From Takakia lepidozioides (taxonomy: Eukaryota; Plantae; Bryophyta): a DNA stretch of 64,000 nucleotides. Shown here piece after piece: positions 61,156 to 64,000 of this stretch (positions are counted from its first letter, which is position 1; the number at the start of each line of letters is the position of its first letter). The notes under the pieces were generated by a model. It did not search any database. It was not told the DNA's origin and saw only the letters and a program-made list of their open reading frames with translations. The stretch is from contig CM060733.1 of the NCBI GenBank assembly GCA_030704615.1, forward strand, positions 70,308,001-70,372,000. Direction: 5' to 3'. Made by a program: the position numbers and the translations under genes.

Positions 61156-64000
61156 ATGGCTCCGAATTCCTACGCTATAGTTTGCTGTCCTCCGCAACTT
61201 GGGAGAGCCTGGATCCCAAACGAGGGAGGACTTTGCAAAGTGACTGAAACTTACCTTTGTTCCAAATTCAAGCTCAAACGGGGCACACTTTATTTGGAAG
61301 AAGAAAGGAAGGATGTTCCTGGACAGGTTGACGAGACCATTGTCGTGCTAGGTAACGATGGAGGTTGCGGAATTGAGTGGCACGTACCCCCATCAGACAC
61401 CATCCTGTACCGAGCTGTGGGAATGCCCATTCCCTTTCCGAATCAGTCGCTGCCCACACCATCCACAAAGGAGTCCGGAAACCGACAGGCGGCCACTGCC
61501 AACAGAGAGGTATGCAATGATAATCATTCCCAACCTGGACCGTCAAGACCCTCCATAGCTTCTCGTGTGGACGTATTCGACATTTCCGATGAGGAAGATG
61601 AGTGCATTGAGGTCCCCATGTCCTCCACACGGTCGTTCAAATCCGACATGGACGTCTCTGCAGGTGCTACGCATGTACCCTCGAGCATAACTCCAACCCG
61701 GTCCATTGTGCAGCTCCTACGGCAACATCACCTCGATGGTTCTCGCTCCGAGCTAGCTGCTCTCGACTATGCCAAATTTCCAGTCAGGAAGGTAACGTAT
61801 CTGCCTCCCGAAGTCGATGGCAATGTCATCTTCGAGTTTCCACCTGTTACTTCCTCAAACAAAGCCTCAGGGATGTTAACAGACATGGATCGAAAGCATG
61901 ACGGACACCCCTAGTGTGTGACGAAGACCAGTAGCACGAAAATTGCTGATGGTGTTCGTGTACGATACGTCCTCTGTGCGGGGAAGCTGAGGTGCCTCAA
62001 TCCCGCCTGCTTCCACTTTCTCTCCAAAGGAGGGCGGAGAAACGAGACGGATTGGACTGGCACAACCCATCATCCATTCATTGTCTCCAGCCAAGCTCCT
62101 GCGGGTACTTTCAAGTGCGCACATTGCAAAGAACCACCGATGTGCAGGTCCATGTGCAGAGCCAAGCAATATTACATAATCCATTTGCTCCCGGACTTGA
62201 CTAGAGCTTGCATACACGTAGGGGTCCACTGCCACCCCTTGGCAAGAGGCAACATGCGGGAGGCTGTGCAGGAAGCACACGACATCATAAAAGAGGAGGT
62301 GAAATTGAGCCCCGGAGCCAGACCAAAGCAGATTCAGCTGAAGGCAGCCCACAAGATTGCTCTTGGCAAAATCATGTCTAAAGATGGTTCAGACCGAGTG
62401 CCCTTGAACGAAGAGGAGATGCTTGACCTGTTGGAGTCCGTCTCGCACGTTTGTAGTCCGAATGTGCGGAATCACATCGTATCTTGCAAGCAGGAGTTCA
62501 GCGGGGGGTCGGACATGCACTCAATCCTGGAGGTGAAACGAATGACTGGATATGACTACATCCAAGGTAGCAGGTTTCTAGGGCAAGGCAGCGAATCCGA
62601 TCGTTGTTACATTTTTAAAATGTCGACGTGTGGGCCTGGGAGTGGAGTCGACTTGGTCACTCACATGACAACTGGAAACTTGTCGAATGCTTGGGTGATG
62701 TTTGATCACATCAAGCGAATTACAAACCATCAGTGGGTGACTATGGGTGCGCATGTTTATGACTATCACTCCAAGAGGCTCATGACGATTGCAATCTGCG
62801 AGATGAAAGGGGAGGACACACAGTCGGAGATGCATTTGTGGGAGGGCATAAACGAGCAGATGGCAAGGGCGGGATTGCCAGAGCCCAATTTCAGGGGATT
62901 CATGGCAGACAGCGCTCAGGCCAACTGGGCAGCGGTGCGGCGTGTGTACGGTGAGGACCCCAATGTTCCAATGGAGGGGAAAGAGAGATCCTGTGGATTC
63001 CATTGGATACAGAGTCTATCTCACTACACTACCAAATTTATTGCTAGCTCATTCCAGGCTGAACACCGTGTCCTTTGTACGGCGTGGAAGGACGCACCCA
63101 CATTTGATGACGCAGAGGTTAAGTTTGTTATCATCGAGGCTTGGTGGAACACGTCAGGTGCAGTGGAGACAACCAATCTGGGAGCCTTGCACAGCTGGTT
63201 GGGGTGGTGGCATTTCCGGTATCGACAGTTCGGACAGTACATACGAGAGGTATGATGCTGTCATTTTCGTGCAATTGTCTTTCTATTACGGACCTTTCCA
63301 TTGGTACCTCACCATTGTTTGTGTCCTTGTAGGAGCGGTGCTTGGATTCCGACACGGACATGCCGAACACGAATATGGCAGAATCAGTCCACACCTCCTG
63401 GCAAGCGTCTTCTGCCGCACATTTGGTGGACGTAGTGACGGCCACAACGGAGGACATCGACCGAGCAATCATGCAGCAAGCCACGTACTACAAGTTCCTG
63501 AGCGGGAAACAATGGGGCTTTGGGCCGGACAGGCAGGAATTGTTGGTACGAACAGCTTCGAGGTCGAAGAATCCACTGAAATGGGCGACAACATTGCGAG
63601 AGAAGATCAAAGGGACGCCTCTGCACCACAGAGGTGAACACCTAGAGGGGGACGTCCATACTCGCCCTGTGAGGCGGAGGATTGAAGATGAACCCGGGTG
63701 CGAAGAGGATTCCTGGAGACCCGACAGGAACATTCGGACAGCACCTCGAGGTCCCGTCATGTTGCCGCACAATGTGTCGTCCAGCAGTGGAAGCCCAAGA
63801 AATTCCAGATCGCCATTGATTTCAAACGGGGATTCCGTGCGAGAAATTCCCCCCGCTCGCTTGCCCCAGATTCCGCCCGCTGTTATGCAGTATGGCCAAG
63901 CCATTGTGGAGACAACTGTGTCTGCGTCACAGTGGAGAATTGCTCGCACAAAGCCGTCGTTTCGAGGCAGGTGTTCCACAATTCGAGTGGATACACGACA
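61156..64000 (+). mobile_element. MULE (Mutator-like) DDE transposase with an N-terminal GCM/WRKY-fold zinc domain; exons 61156-63249 and 63333->64000; one TAG at 61912
   Basis: VLCAGKLRCLNPAC...CAHC...C...IHVGVHCHP. Catalytic-like WVMFD (62704), FMADSAQAN (62908), CGFH (62992) and PNTNMAESVH (63381) occur in the MULE order. Runs off the window end. Confidence 0.82.

Noticed and set aside
61912-61914. Programmed TAG readthrough or RNA editing of the stops
   Set aside because: Stop positions are not shared between paralogues and frameshifts co-occur, so mutation is the simpler explanation.

Overview
Repeat-rich nuclear DNA from a plant, probably a non-seed land plant; that assignment is inferred from the PLS/DYW PPR genes, OSB-type PDF motifs and GT-AG introns. 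Two host genes look intact: a DUF1068 membrane protein (6053-9076) and a Bin3/MEPCE-like RNA methyltransferase (10664-13699). The rest is mostly nested, degenerate mobile DNA. It includes LINE and BiP fragments, a Helitron remnant, a CACTA element with TIRs and TSD carrying OSB and PPR gene fragments, PPR pseudogenes, and a chromovirus inserted exactly at the LTR/PBS junction of another Ty3/gypsy element. The main result is a Mutator-like (MULE) transposon system. A 10-exon gene (55608-60875) encodes a ParB/Srx-like domain (DGNHR) fused to a permuted beta-class amino (4mC/6mA) DNA methyltransferase-like domain. It lies directly upstream of a GCM/WRKY-fold + MULE DDE transposase (61156 to window end). 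A diverged paralogue with the same intron positions lies at 16051-18848. Each paralogue carries its own variant of one palindrome, GGAAAT-N-CGG-NN-CCG-N-ATTTCC, in the homologous intron, and the same variants occur in nearby clusters and large tandem arrays (19075-19370, 49030-50900, 52305-54600). This suggests a transposon-encoded, sequence-specific DNA-marking or loading system resembling ParB/parS or VANDAL/VANC. All copies in this window carry disabling mutations, and all domain calls come from motif reading by eye, not from database searches.
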